64,000 nt of DNA from a virus: the IMG/VR virus record IMGVR_UViG_3300028840_003271, positions 1 to 64,000 of that record; one strand, given 5' to 3'. This document shows positions 1-9,565 of this stretch, one piece after another. A program made the translations under genes and the position numbers. Positions within the stretch are counted from its first letter, which is position 1. Each line of letters begins with the position of its first letter. The notes below the pieces were generated by a model. It saw nothing but the letters and a program-made list of their open reading frames with translations, did not search any database and was not told the origin of the DNA.

Positions 1-286
1 TTAATATTGAAAAGAGTGATGATATTTTTTCAATTTGTTGTGGTTTCATATGTTTATACATAAAATCTACAGCACCTTGAATATCAAATTTGTTAAATTC
101 TTCTCGTGCTAATCGTCTACTTTCTGGAGTATTTAATTCTTTAAACCATGATATGTCTGGAATAGGTATTCTTTGATGCCAAGGAATTTTAGCACATTCT
201 GAACAAAAATATAATCTAATATTACCAATAATGGCCGTATATATTGGTAGTTTGTTTTCACAACAAAAATCGCAATATATATCCAT
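1..286 (-). CDS. Partial hypothetical protein with CxxC...CxxC (Zn-finger-like) N-terminus; runs off the window edge
   Basis: Manual translation from ATG at 286: MDIYCDFCCENK...FCSECAKIPWHQ..., open to position 1; starts just downstream of the stop of ORF 289..699. Confidence 0.7.
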   Translation of the reverse strand, partial: MDIYCDFCCENKLPIYTAIIGNIRLYFCSECAKIPWHQRIPIPDISWFKELNTPESRRLAREEFNKFDIQGAVDFMYKHMKPQQIEKISSLFSIL

Positions 287-288
287 GG

Positions 289-699
289 TTATTCCATAAG
301 CGTTGGTGGTTCTTTAGTCATGTTTGTAATTTTTAAAGCGTCGCTTGGTCGAATAAGTGGGTCGTTTTTTTCACCATTTTCACATAACTGATGATATTTT
401 TCTAATATCGCTTTACAAAAATGGTTTCTTAATATATTATATTCACCCACCTTACCTAAAAATCTTATTAGTGTAAGTTCACCATCTACATGAAAAAACT
501 GATACATAAATTTAGCAAAAACGTCTATCATACCTTCACTAAATTCAGACCAATCCGATAACACTTGATAATTACCATTTTCAAAAAGTTGTGCTGAAAT
601 GACTGTAATTGGTTTTGGTAAAGTTTCTAGTATTGTATCTAGACTATCAGTGTCTATTTGTTCAGAATTATCGTTGTTTTTATTATGGTTATTTGACAA
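289..699 (-). CDS. Hypothetical protein
   Basis: 136-aa ORF, TTG start with AGGAG upstream. Confidence 0.6.
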   Translation of the reverse strand: MSNNHNKNNDNSEQIDTDSLDTILETLPKPITVISAQLFENGNYQVLSDWSEFSEGMIDVFAKFMYQFFHVDGELTLIRFLGKVGEYNILRNHFCKAILEKYHQLCENGEKNDPLIRPSDALKITNMTKEPPTLME

Positions 700-733
700 A
701 ATCTGTCTCCTAATTTAGTTATTAGATTTATTA

Positions 734-1540
734 TTATTTAGTAATAGTTGCTGATCCAGCATATTCAATAGTTGCTGATTCAGCATTTTCAATAGTTGCT
801 GATCCAGCATATATAATAGTTGCTGATTCAGCATTTTCAATAGTTGCTGATCTAGCATATTCAATAATTGCTGATCTAGCATATTCAATAGTTGCTGATC
901 CAGCATTTTTAATAGTTGCTGATCCAGCATTTTTAATAGTTGCTGATCCAGCATTTTCAATAGTTGCTGATCCGGCATGTTCAATAATTGCTGATCCGGC
1001 ATATTCAATAGTTGCTGATTCAGCATTTTTAATAGTTGCTGATCTAGCATATTCAATAGTTGCTGATCTAGCATATTCAATAGTTGCTGATCCAGCATTT
1101 TCAATAGTTGCTGATTCGGCATATTTAATAATTGCTGATTCAGCATTTTTAATATTTGCTGATCCAGCATTTATGATTCTCGAATTGGTGCAACGATTAA
1201 TAGTTACATTTCCAACTAAGATATAGCATCCATTAAAAAGAACTTTTCGATCTTGTGTAACTAGCATTTGAGAAACGCGAGAGCGTAATAACTGTTTTAC
1301 GTGATTCTGTTCGTATTCTGTAAACCATTCTGGACACGACTTTTGATCAATATGTAATTTATATAATTTTAAATCTGCATAGTTTCCATTTTTCGGAGTA
1401 TATTCTAATCTTACAAAATCGTTTTGTCCATTGTCACAAAGATTTGCATAATCAATCAAATCTTCGTGACTATCTGTAGATTCTGGATGAAAAATTAATT
1501 CACGATTTTGTGTGTAAATAGCAGAAAACGTTTGACACAT
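734..1540 (-). CDS. Protein with C-terminal 18 x 8-aa tandem repeat (predicted beta-solenoid)
   Basis: Unique ~120-aa N-terminus followed by [EKI][NYH]A[GRE]SA[TIN]I x18. Confidence 0.85.
   Translation of the reverse strand: MCQTFSAIYTQNRELIFHPESTDSHEDLIDYANLCDNGQNDFVRLEYTPKNGNYADLKLYKLHIDQKSCPEWFTEYEQNHVKQLLRSRVSQMLVTQDRKVLFNGCYILVGNVTINRCTNSRIINAGSANIKNAESAIIKYAESATIENAGSATIEYARSATIEYARSATIKNAESATIEYAGSAIIEHAGSATIENAGSATIKNAGSATIKNAGSATIEYARSAIIEYARSATIENAESATIIYAGSATIENAESATIEYAGSATITK
743..1174. repeat. 24-bp coding tandem repeat, 18 units
   Basis: Plus-strand unit approx. aatagttgctgatccagcattttc, repeated head-to-tail without spacers. Confidence 0.95.
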
Positions 1541-1557
1541 GTGATTGTTTTCCTTGT

Positions 1558-1914
1558 TTAATCAAAAATGCTAAAAAGAGAATTTGGTAATACATTAGCG
1601 TATAGTTCATATGGTATAAAGTAACTATTTCGTAAAGATGTATCAAGTGGAACCATTCCTACATAATAAACATTAAGTTGGTTTTTATTGTTTTCATCAA
1701 TTTTACAGTCAATACATGTTGGATGAATCCAATTTACATCTAAATTTACATATTCTTTACATAATAAATGAATTTGTGATAATGGATGTTTATCTTTTGA
1801 TAGAAATTCTTGTTGTGGTAAACACAGTTTATCTTTATCAATAGATAAGATGTATCTATTGTTGTTTGTTAAATCTATAGATACAATAACTAGATTAAGT
1901 GTAACATCAAACAT
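1558..1914 (-). CDS. Hypothetical protein, possibly a degenerate NUDIX-like fold
   Basis: Size and strand pattern resemble NUDIX, but no Nudix box. Confidence 0.35.
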   Translation of the reverse strand: MFDVTLNLVIVSIDLTNNNRYILSIDKDKLCLPQQEFLSKDKHPLSQIHLLCKEYVNLDVNWIHPTCIDCKIDENNKNQLNVYYVGMVPLDTSLRNSYFIPYELYANVLPNSLFSIFD

Positions 1915-2467
1915 CTATATTATCCTTAATAATTTTTAAAATTGTTTTAATTTTATGTTTAGCACCGGTTTTAGTTATATTTAAATCTTTAGCAATATCT
2001 GTTAATTTGACTTTGTTATTTAAATATGTTCTAATTAATGATACTTGTGTTGTTGTTAATATATTTTTATTTTGTAAATTTTCTAAAGAATCTAAAACTG
2101 AAAAAGTTAAATAATGTGAATTATCAAATTCTGTTTCTACTATCATATCACACTCATCATACAGTTCTACTGGTTCTGTTTTGTGTTTATGTTTAAATTT
2201 ATATGGTGAAAAATATTCTTTAAGTGTCCAACAAGCACAAATCTTACGATAAGCTTTTTTGGAAAATTTCTTATATGGATTCCACTGCCAATCTGCTATT
2301 ATGATAGCTGAGGTAATATTACACAAAAGTTCTTCATCATATGTTGATGTTTGTGCGTGTTTATTGATAAATTTTTGAGCAAGACGAGTGTATAGTGATA
2401 GTAATAAAAAAGTGTTGTTATTATATTTGGTTTTTTTCAAATTTTTTAGTAGTAATAATTGTTTCAT
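1907..2467 (-). CDS. Sigma-70-family-like phage sigma factor / region-4 HTH protein
   Basis: Region-2-like DEELLCNITSAIIIADWQWNP..FSKKAY and region-4-like LTTTQVSLIRTYL...LTDIAKDLNITKTGAKHKIKTILKIIKD; start set at MKQLL (2467), overlapping the upstream gene's stop. Confidence 0.6.
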   Translation of the reverse strand: MKQLLLLKNLKKTKYNNNTFLLLSLYTRLAQKFINKHAQTSTYDEELLCNITSAIIIADWQWNPYKKFSKKAYRKICACWTLKEYFSPYKFKHKHKTEPVELYDECDMIVETEFDNSHYLTFSVLDSLENLQNKNILTTTQVSLIRTYLNNKVKLTDIAKDLNITKTGAKHKIKTILKIIKDNIDV

Positions 2468-3537
2468 ATGTAGTCTATAATTTTTTGTGCTGTATTTTTC
2501 CACGTAAATTTTTTAGCTGTTTCTATACCATAAATATTAACAAGTTTTGACGATGTTTTACTTATATTATATATGTCTCTCATATGTGTAATAAATAAGT
2601 CAACATCGTTTTTTGTAAAAGAAGACCATCTACCTTGTTTATGAAACCATATTCCGTCTTGAGCCCATTCTATTTCTTTTGGTTTGACTAAAAACGAGTT
2701 TTGATCGTCACAAAATTCTGTTAAAGCTGAACAATATGTGGTGATTATTGGAATTCCACAAGCCATAGTTTCAAGAATAGGTAGACCAAATCCTTCTGCT
2801 CGTGTTGGAAAAATACCACAATGTGCTTGATTGATAATGTTTGCTACGTGTGTAGGAGTAGATACGGGTGGAATAAAGAAGATTTTATTTTCTTTACCCA
2901 TTGGAGAAGATAGATATTTCTGCTCCCATTTTTTTACATTTTCTTGAGATAAGAAAGGATTATTCCACATTAGATAAAGCTCGACATTGTCTTCTGGTGT
3001 AAATGCTTTATTAAATAAGCCACATAAAATATCGTGACCTTTTCTTTTTTCAATTTTACCAATATTTAGAAAACGAAAAACTTCATCTGTTTTATTTGAT
3101 TGTGGTTGAAAAACTTCTGTATCTACACCTAGTGGTATTACTTCTATTGGAACAGAAATATTATTATTTTCTAATACAGATTTAGCCCATTTTGATGCTA
3201 CAAAAACCTTGTCCATAAAATTCAAATTATCTCGTTGTCGTCCATCAAGCAAGTCTAACTCAAAGAAAGGATAACCAATACGGGGTCCTTTTCCAATACT
3301 CTGTTCGATAAGAGAATGTTCGTGCCAAATTGTCAAACTTGGTTCGTTTTGGGAGAGAAAATGGTTGGACGATATTAATTTTTTCAACCAATCGGCTTCT
3401 GACTGGTCATAAATATCAGTTGGTGAACCAATAGGAAAATAATGACATTCTGCTTGAGATGAGAGTTCTCGAAGAATATTTCGACACGCTATTCCATAAC
3501 CCAAATTATTATATGGACCCCGTATGGTTAAGTTCAT
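2464..3537 (-). CDS. Glycosyltransferase family 4 (GT-B)
   Basis: IGKIEKRKG and PTRAEGFGLPILETMACG (EX7E) motifs. Confidence 0.9.
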   Translation of the reverse strand: MNLTIRGPYNNLGYGIACRNILRELSSQAECHYFPIGSPTDIYDQSEADWLKKLISSNHFLSQNEPSLTIWHEHSLIEQSIGKGPRIGYPFFELDLLDGRQRDNLNFMDKVFVASKWAKSVLENNNISVPIEVIPLGVDTEVFQPQSNKTDEVFRFLNIGKIEKRKGHDILCGLFNKAFTPEDNVELYLMWNNPFLSQENVKKWEQKYLSSPMGKENKIFFIPPVSTPTHVANIINQAHCGIFPTRAEGFGLPILETMACGIPIITTYCSALTEFCDDQNSFLVKPKEIEWAQDGIWFHKQGRWSSFTKNDVDLFITHMRDIYNISKTSSKLVNIYGIETAKKFTWKNTAQKIIDYI

Positions 3538-3540
3538 TTT

Positions 3541-3681
3541 TTATCCTTGATCTTCAGTGGTTTTTGAATTTTCCAATTCTTCTTGAGCAAGTTCCATTAA
3601 TTTTGCAATAAAATCTGGATGAATCTTTGGTTTACGACCACGTTTTTTTGGTTGTACAACAACAGCTTCTTCACTTGACAT
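3541..3681 (-). CDS. 46-aa protein with AT-hook-like motif (not in ORF track)
   Basis: MSSEEAVVVQPKKRGRKPKIHPDF...; fills the gap exactly between neighbours, AGGAG upstream. Confidence 0.65.
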   Translation of the reverse strand: MSSEEAVVVQPKKRGRKPKIHPDFIAKLMELAQEELENSKTTEDQG

Positions 3682-3684
3682 AAA

Positions 3685-4191
3685 TTACTCCTTCTTTAGA
3701 GAGAGTTTAAAGGGGGAAACAATAATTTGTGGTTCAACATATACAGGATGAACCTCGCCGTCTGGTCCTTTTAACATAATCCATGTGGCTGACAAACCTT
3801 CTGGCATAAAAAGACCATTTGGATCTGCTTGGGGTAACGTTCCAAAAGAACCACCTTGGCGTTTACAACGGTGTACTGCTTTTTCTGGATTTGTATATTG
3901 AACAGAATATGGTAATCCAAATCCAATTGCTTCTCCAAGAAAAATTAAATCTCCATGCATATTAACAATATAAGCATAAGTTGTAATTTCTTTATCTCGT
4001 AACTCTAAAATATCACGAGCAAGTTTTCTTTCTGTCCAACGAGTAATGTCTGGCATTCCAATTTGACGATGTGCTTCACTTAAAGCTTTAGCAGTTTCCT
4101 CGGCCTGTCTATTGTCAGCACTATTTTTTGCAACGTTACTACACCCCATACATAATAAAAACACCACACAAATACTTAATCCTCTTAACAT
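3685..4191 (-). CDS. Putative lipoprotein
   Basis: Hydrophobic signal with lipobox-like CMG-C; LPQADPNGLF motif. Confidence 0.65.
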   Translation of the reverse strand: MLRGLSICVVFLLCMGCSNVAKNSADNRQAEETAKALSEAHRQIGMPDITRWTERKLARDILELRDKEITTYAYIVNMHGDLIFLGEAIGFGLPYSVQYTNPEKAVHRCKRQGGSFGTLPQADPNGLFMPEGLSATWIMLKGPDGEVHPVYVEPQIIVSPFKLSLKKE

Positions 4192-4192
4192 T

Positions 4193-4522
4193 TTAATCCT
4201 CCTCTAAATCATGTAAGAAAGTACGTAAATCTGACGGGAGACGATCCCAATCTAATTCATTAGCACGATGTAAAATTAAAGAACGAAGCGAGTCTTTATG
4301 TTCTTCTTCTGCTATTATATACTCCTTTTTTAGTTGTCTTAAATCACGAATAGTTCCTTCAACATAGGATTTGTTTTCTCGATAAACATCTGTTTTAGAA
4401 GATTCCCATCGAGTAGCAAAAGTTCTATAAAGAGTTAAGCTTAAAAAGCTTACACCAAAAATTGTTCCTATACCTAAAACAATGCATAAAATAGATATAC
4501 CAATAAATTTAAAAGTATTCAT
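4193..4522 (-). CDS. Membrane-anchored helical protein
   Basis: N-terminal TM segment, helical C-terminus; adjacent to the lipoprotein gene. Confidence 0.6.
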   Translation of the reverse strand: MNTFKFIGISILCIVLGIGTIFGVSFLSLTLYRTFATRWESSKTDVYRENKSYVEGTIRDLRQLKKEYIIAEEEHKDSLRSLILHRANELDWDRLPSDLRTFLHDLEED

Positions 4523-4535
4523 ATTATTCTCCTAT

Positions 4536-4937
4536 TTATGTTGTTGAGTCTTCCATATCGTCATCATATAAATATGGTGGTGGAATTGTAATTTCTAAAT
4601 CCAATTCGTTAATATGTTTTTCTACTTCCAGTAAATTCCATGGAAAATGTGAATGAAGTTTAAGATTTTCTTGTATAATAGTATATGTTCCATTTTCAAA
4701 CGCTACTTCGTAATACCACTTATCGTTTTGAGAATAAAAATTTACTACTATACCTAGTTTTTCTTGAGTGTTATTTTCTGATTCTAAATTATAAACTACT
4801 AAATCATATTTTACAAATTGTGGAGGTGGAAAAGTATTAGGTTCAGATACTATAAATTTCGGTATGTAGAAACAATTAAAAAATATGATAAGTGTAACAA
4901 TACACGTTAAAAGAATTAATTTTTCTCCAACAGACAT
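4536..4937 (-). CDS. Membrane-anchored hypothetical protein
   Basis: N-terminal TM, SH3-like GIVVNF..WYYEVAF. Confidence 0.5.
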   Translation of the reverse strand: MSVGEKLILLTCIVTLIIFFNCFYIPKFIVSEPNTFPPPQFVKYDLVVYNLESENNTQEKLGIVVNFYSQNDKWYYEVAFENGTYTIIQENLKLHSHFPWNLLEVEKHINELDLEITIPPPYLYDDDMEDSTT

Positions 4938-4949
4938 TATTTTTTTCTC

Positions 4950-5912
4950 CTATAAAATACAGTAATCGGTATGTCTACGATATTCTTCTAAACTTTTAGC
5001 GTTCATATATGACATTGATGAACGTAGTCCATTAATAAAACGATGAACAATTTTATGAAGTGGTCCAATATATTCTACAAGTTGTTCTTCTCCTTCAACA
5101 AATTCTGGTCTTTTTTCATATTGTTCCCATTGAGTAGAGTATGATGCCGAACCACGAAATACTTTATGGAGTTTACCATTTAATCTTAATGTTCTACCCG
5201 ATGCTTCTTCTGTTCCTGCTAATATTCCTCCAACCATTACAAGGTCTGCACCAAGAGCGAGACCTTTACACAAATCTCTTGGTTGTTTTATTCCACCATC
5301 AAGAACAATTTGTGTATCAACATTAGATTTAACACATTCTAACAAAGATGAAATTGGTGGATATTCTAATCCAGTTTCAATTTTAGTTGTACATGCTGAA
5401 CCCGTTCCAATACCACACCTTATTGCTTGAACATTATGTTGAGATAACCATGAAAAACATTCTGCTGATGCCACATTACCTACAAGAATATGAATATCGT
5501 GATGTGTAGAATGTAATTTTGTCAACACTTCACTAATTTTAGTATTAGCACCATTTGCTGTATCCAAACAAAAATAACGACATCCACGAGCATAAAGTTC
5601 TTCAAATCTTTCAAAATAATCTCCATTTATTCCAATTGCACATCCTACATCTTTTGGACACTGAATGTGTTCGTGAATTTGATCGGCAATACTTTGAAAA
5701 CGATGAATGTAACCAAATCCACCCAAATTTCTTATAGTAGTGACCAAGTTTGCATTACCAATATCTGGCATTGGACTAGCAATAAGAGGTATACTTAAAT
5801 GTATATCACCATACCATACTGATGTGTTTACATCTTTACGAGAAACAATAGAAGAAACGTGTCTACTAATTAGACCAATATTATTAAATCCTAACGACTT
5901 CAACTTGAACAT
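4950..5912 (-). CDS. guaC: GMP reductase / IMP dehydrogenase family (no CBS domains)
   Basis: LIASPM, LDTANG, GNVA, catalytic loop GIGTGSACTT, DGGI, FRGSAS..VEG, LRSSMSY; GSAS/SSxSY favour GuaC over GuaB. Confidence 0.8.
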   Translation of the reverse strand: MFKLKSLGFNNIGLISRHVSSIVSRKDVNTSVWYGDIHLSIPLIASPMPDIGNANLVTTIRNLGGFGYIHRFQSIADQIHEHIQCPKDVGCAIGINGDYFERFEELYARGCRYFCLDTANGANTKISEVLTKLHSTHHDIHILVGNVASAECFSWLSQHNVQAIRCGIGTGSACTTKIETGLEYPPISSLLECVKSNVDTQIVLDGGIKQPRDLCKGLALGADLVMVGGILAGTEEASGRTLRLNGKLHKVFRGSASYSTQWEQYEKRPEFVEGEEQLVEYIGPLHKIVHRFINGLRSSMSYMNAKSLEEYRRHTDYCIL

Positions 5913-6111
5913 TTGAAGGTAACCTTATACAAACTTTATTAGGGTTTTTGTTAATTCTATAAATATTTTGTCCCAATCGTGTAATAATTTGTCCAACATA
6001 AATTCCTCGTTCGGATAAATATGTAAAAACCTCAGACAATTCTAAAAATGAGTTTGTATCAATATTAATTTGAGTTATTTTGTGGGGTTGTCCCAAGGGA
6101 AGACTATCCAT
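5884..6111 (-). CDS. FeoA-like (SH3-barrel) small protein
   Basis: LPLGQPHKITQI...LSERGIYVGQII resembles the FeoA pattern. Confidence 0.5.
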   Translation of the reverse strand: MDSLPLGQPHKITQINIDTNSFLELSEVFTYLSERGIYVGQIITRLGQNIYRINKNPNKVCIRLPSNVQVEVVRI

Positions 6112-6536
6112 TCGGTCGGCTTTATTTGACTATAAAAGTGTGGTGCTGGTTTTATTTTTGGATTCCAAAAAAGAGTTGCTAATGCTGTATATGTTCCAAA
6201 ATATTGAACAAATGTTCGTGTTGTTTTTCCGGTATCTATAATATCATCAACTAATAAAATATGTTTTCCATTTTGTTCATAATCAATATTTTTTACAACG
6301 ATAGGTTTTTCTAATGGTGTTTTTTGTTCTCCATAAAATCCTATTTGAACACTTTCGTGTGGTAACATAAGTTTATTAGCAAGTTTTGTGCTTACATGTA
6401 AACCACTATTTCCAATACCAACAACTTTATCTAATACACCAAAGACAGCGTTATAAGTAATTTGTTGATATAAATCTTCTATATATTTTTCTATATTTTC
6501 TTTTGAACAGTAACGCTTGTCGAGTATTGTTTCCAT
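6075..6536 (-). CDS. Purine phosphoribosyltransferase (Gpt/Hpt-like)
   Basis: PRPP motif ILLVDDIIDTGKT; C-terminal WIVFPWD. Confidence 0.9.
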   Translation of the reverse strand: METILDKRYCSKENIEKYIEDLYQQITYNAVFGVLDKVVGIGNSGLHVSTKLANKLMLPHESVQIGFYGEQKTPLEKPIVVKNIDYEQNGKHILLVDDIIDTGKTTRTFVQYFGTYTALATLFWNPKIKPAPHFYSQIKPTEWIVFPWDNPTK

Positions 6537-7322
6537 TTAATCTCCTTTTTTTAGCCAAAAATGATGTGCGGTTCCATGTCCCCAACAATCTTCGTTGGGC
6601 GTACATCGTCCTTGTGAATGTTTTATTATAATCAACCCAACATCTCTAATAAGTTGTTCTAATTTTTCTGAACTAAATTGTAGAGGATGAAAGGGGTCGT
6701 TATTGTTAAAGTCATCACAATCTACAGAAATAAAAGCATGTTCTCCAGGTTTAAGATAAATATGAATGTTTCGTAAAACCTGTTCAGCATCGTAGCAATG
6801 GTCAAGAACATTAATACACATTACTTGGTCAACCTGTTCAATTAAATGTGTTTGTAAATGTTCTGCTGGAACGGTATAAACGGTAGAATATTTGTCAAAA
6901 TTAGCATATGGTAAATCTTTAAGTTGATTATAGAGTGGTTCAATAGCAATAAACTCTCCTCTTAACCAAACCAATCTATTAACAGGACCAGGACCAATAT
7001 CTAACAAAACTTTATTTTCAAACTGGTCTTGTTTAAATCCAAATCTTTTCATAGTCCATTCTGACAATTTGGGAACTTCACGACATTCCTTTTGTCCTCC
7101 ACGAATCCAAGCTCCTAATTCAGCAGATTGAGCGGTTTCCCATTTTTCTACCGACACATTATTAATACTAGTTTTTTGTGGAAAAAACTGGTAAGTCAAA
7201 TATATAAACCCTTGAGTAATACACGCAAATATAAATCCAACCAAAAGTATACATATAACATATCCTGCTAACCAACACAAGGGGGGGTCGCGTAGGCGAG
7301 ACAAGTCTTTTAATGTTTGCAT
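6537..7322 (-). CDS. Class I SAM-dependent methyltransferase with N-terminal TM segment
   Basis: LLDIGPGP motif I, NVLDH, LKPG. Confidence 0.8.
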   Translation of the reverse strand: MQTLKDLSRLRDPPLCWLAGYVICILLVGFIFACITQGFIYLTYQFFPQKTSINNVSVEKWETAQSAELGAWIRGGQKECREVPKLSEWTMKRFGFKQDQFENKVLLDIGPGPVNRLVWLRGEFIAIEPLYNQLKDLPYANFDKYSTVYTVPAEHLQTHLIEQVDQVMCINVLDHCYDAEQVLRNIHIYLKPGEHAFISVDCDDFNNNDPFHPLQFSSEKLEQLIRDVGLIIIKHSQGRCTPNEDCWGHGTAHHFWLKKGD

Positions 7323-7331
7323 TTTTTTCTC

Positions 7332-7862
7332 CTATAAATATGGTAATACATTTACAGCACGATGTAGTTTTTTCTGTAATTCATCAATATATTTTTGTTC
7401 TAAATTAGGTAGTGCTTTAAAACAAAGTTTATGTATTTGTTCACATTCTTCTGACTTGTAAATCGTTTCTAATTTGTAAACCTTTCGTTCACCTAAGGTT
7501 ATTGGAATATGATTATAAGTTGGATAATATTTATAAGCTTCTTTCCAAAGAATATTTTCAACCTCTTCATAATCTTTTAGCATATTACGATATTCACTAC
7601 ACAAGTCTCGAACTTCGTCATAAATTACTTTATTTTTATCGTTTACTTTAATTTTGGAAGCATGTTCGTGTTTCCAATCGATTGTTGTGGTCCAAGGGTC
7701 ATTTAACCATTTTTCCAGAGATTGAAAAATATGTTCAACAATAAAAGGTTCCCAATCAGGAATTTCCCAACGATTAAAGGAAATTTTCCAAGGTTTAGTT
7801 ATAAATCTACAGCGAAACGCATACCAATATCTCTTTAATTTTTCCAACATTACTAACTCCAA
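7332..7862 (-). CDS. Hypothetical protein
   Basis: 176-aa ORF in operon. Confidence 0.55.
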   Translation of the reverse strand: MELVMLEKLKRYWYAFRCRFITKPWKISFNRWEIPDWEPFIVEHIFQSLEKWLNDPWTTTIDWKHEHASKIKVNDKNKVIYDEVRDLCSEYRNMLKDYEEVENILWKEAYKYYPTYNHIPITLGERKVYKLETIYKSEECEQIHKLCFKALPNLEQKYIDELQKKLHRAVNVLPYL

Positions 7863-7872
7863 AACTTGAAAT

Positions 7873-8127
7873 CTATTTTAGTCCACGAGATAAAAGTAGA
7901 AATTGACGGGTGTCAGGATGTAGGTTAAGTCCTAATAGACTATTAAACTCTTTTTGAGTAGAAGATTTAGCAAAGTCTTCAAGTGCTTGAGACTGTTGTT
8001 GAGAACGTTTAATTGCTCGTCCTTGTTTTTTTGCTTGTTCTTTTGCGTTTGGTCCCGTGTAACATCTTCCAGATTGTCCAAATTTCCATCCAGATTTTCC
8101 ATCCTTTGTACATTTCATTAGAGGCAT
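7873..8127 (-). CDS. Small basic hypothetical protein
   Basis: GKSGWKFGQSGRCYTG..AKKQGRAI; GGAG upstream. Confidence 0.6.
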   Translation of the reverse strand: MPLMKCTKDGKSGWKFGQSGRCYTGPNAKEQAKKQGRAIKRSQQQSQALEDFAKSSTQKEFNSLLGLNLHPDTRQFLLLSRGLK

Positions 8128-8153
8128 CGTTGTCTCCTTTAGTTGAGTTAGTG

Positions 8154-8612
8154 TTAATCTAAAAATCTTACTAAAGCAGATATTGATATACCACCAACAT
8201 GTCTTTTTTCCTCTTCAAAATCTTTTCCAACTTCTTTTAATTCACTACCAACAATAAGAGTGGGTAAAGAAACAACCCTACGATCATGAGTAAATTTAGG
8301 ATATTGACTTGTGTCTACTTCATAATAACGATACTTTTTAAGAAGTTCTCGTATATATGGATTGTTTAAATTTCTTTTTACTTCTGGACAATACATACAA
8401 TTATTTGAAGTGAAGAAAATCAAAACAGGAACTCGTTTAGGTTCTGGTTCTTCTAATTCTTCTTTTTGCTGCTGTTGCTGTTGTTGTTGTTCTTGTGTTT
8501 GTCTGTCTAAAGCAATTAAAGCACCTTGAGTAGAAATGAGTGAACGAAATTCATAACCTAAAGCAGAATTACTGAGTAAAGAAAAGATTATAATATATAA
8601 TAGTTTGGACAT
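8154..8612 (-). CDS. Exported thioredoxin-like protein with poly-Gln linker
   Basis: Signal peptide, Q-rich linker, FFTSNNCMYC (CxxC), cis-Pro LPTL. Confidence 0.85.
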   Translation of the reverse strand: MSKLLYIIIFSLLSNSALGYEFRSLISTQGALIALDRQTQEQQQQQQQQKEELEEPEPKRVPVLIFFTSNNCMYCPEVKRNLNNPYIRELLKKYRYYEVDTSQYPKFTHDRRVVSLPTLIVGSELKEVGKDFEEEKRHVGGISISALVRFLD

Positions 8613-9565
8613 TATAAATATTCCCCAGTACCATAGTTGGGCAACGTTTGTTTTGGAAAACCTTTAATATTTGAGTAGAAGTAGATTGAGCGACCACCAA
8701 GAAAATACCTTTCCCAAACTTCGGCATCAACAACTAACATTGATTGTAATGGTCGTCCTAAAATTGGTGTTAATTCATCATACCATTTTTGCCATGGATT
8801 ATGAGCTTTTCCCCAACTATTCATTACAAAATATACTCTTACTTTCCAAATTTCTTTTGTGTCATCATAACCAACCGTTGACATATCGTGATTCCAACTT
8901 CCTGACTTTTCGTGAATTCCACGACTTGATGGTGTTGAATTAAAACCTACGTTTTGACCACTATGACAGGCATATCCATTATGAAATAAAGCCATAGCTT
9001 CATCTGCTGTACTCGGAGTAACATATTCACCAACAGAATGTTCAGAACATTTATCAAGCACGCATTTTGGTGGTCCAGAACGTCCCCAATTATTTCCAAT
9101 GCTCGATTTGTATTTACTTAAGTCTACACAGTTTTCATAATTTTTACGAACCATAAATCCATATTTAGTTACAAAATATGCTGCTCTAGCAGGGTCCATT
9201 CCTTGTCCACTATGACCACGATATCCATATGTAGGCTCGGTTGCTCCTCTTTTATAATATTCTTCTGCTTCACCCTTAATATCTATTTCTACTGAACGAG
9301 TTACGTCACGTGCGTTTCTGTCGCCGTGACTCGTACAGTCACCGGTTGTTTGAGATTCTTGTTCAAACGCACCTTCGTCGTATTTTTCACGACTTCTCCA
9401 TAAAGTAGCTCTTTTTCCATTACCTGGATTTTGTTGAACTAAATGTAAAATATGTGAAGAATCTTTGACTATATTATTATCAAGTAATTTATCACGATAT
9501 TGTGTATCAATAGGACATGCTTGTAAACCATCTTCATATAATTTTTGTGGATTTGACCAGTCCAT
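8612..9565 (-). CDS. Papain-like (C1) cysteine peptidase
   Basis: QTTGDCTSH (Gln/Cys), WNHDM (His), VMNSWG (Asn). Confidence 0.85.
   Translation of the reverse strand: MDWSNPQKLYEDGLQACPIDTQYRDKLLDNNIVKDSSHILHLVQQNPGNGKRATLWRSREKYDEGAFEQESQTTGDCTSHGDRNARDVTRSVEIDIKGEAEEYYKRGATEPTYGYRGHSGQGMDPARAAYFVTKYGFMVRKNYENCVDLSKYKSSIGNNWGRSGPPKCVLDKCSEHSVGEYVTPSTADEAMALFHNGYACHSGQNVGFNSTPSSRGIHEKSGSWNHDMSTVGYDDTKEIWKVRVYFVMNSWGKAHNPWQKWYDELTPILGRPLQSMLVVDAEVWERYFLGGRSIYFYSNIKGFPKQTLPNYGTGEYL

Noticed and set aside
715-1170. ORF of MLDQQLL repeats
   Set aside because: Alternative-frame shadow of the 24-bp repeat; the 734..1540 frame has a unique N-terminal domain and fits the operon.
743-1174. Possible CRISPR array or DGR variable region
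   Set aside because: Units are contiguous with no spacers and lie in a coding frame; no reverse transcriptase or template/variable repeat pair is in the window.
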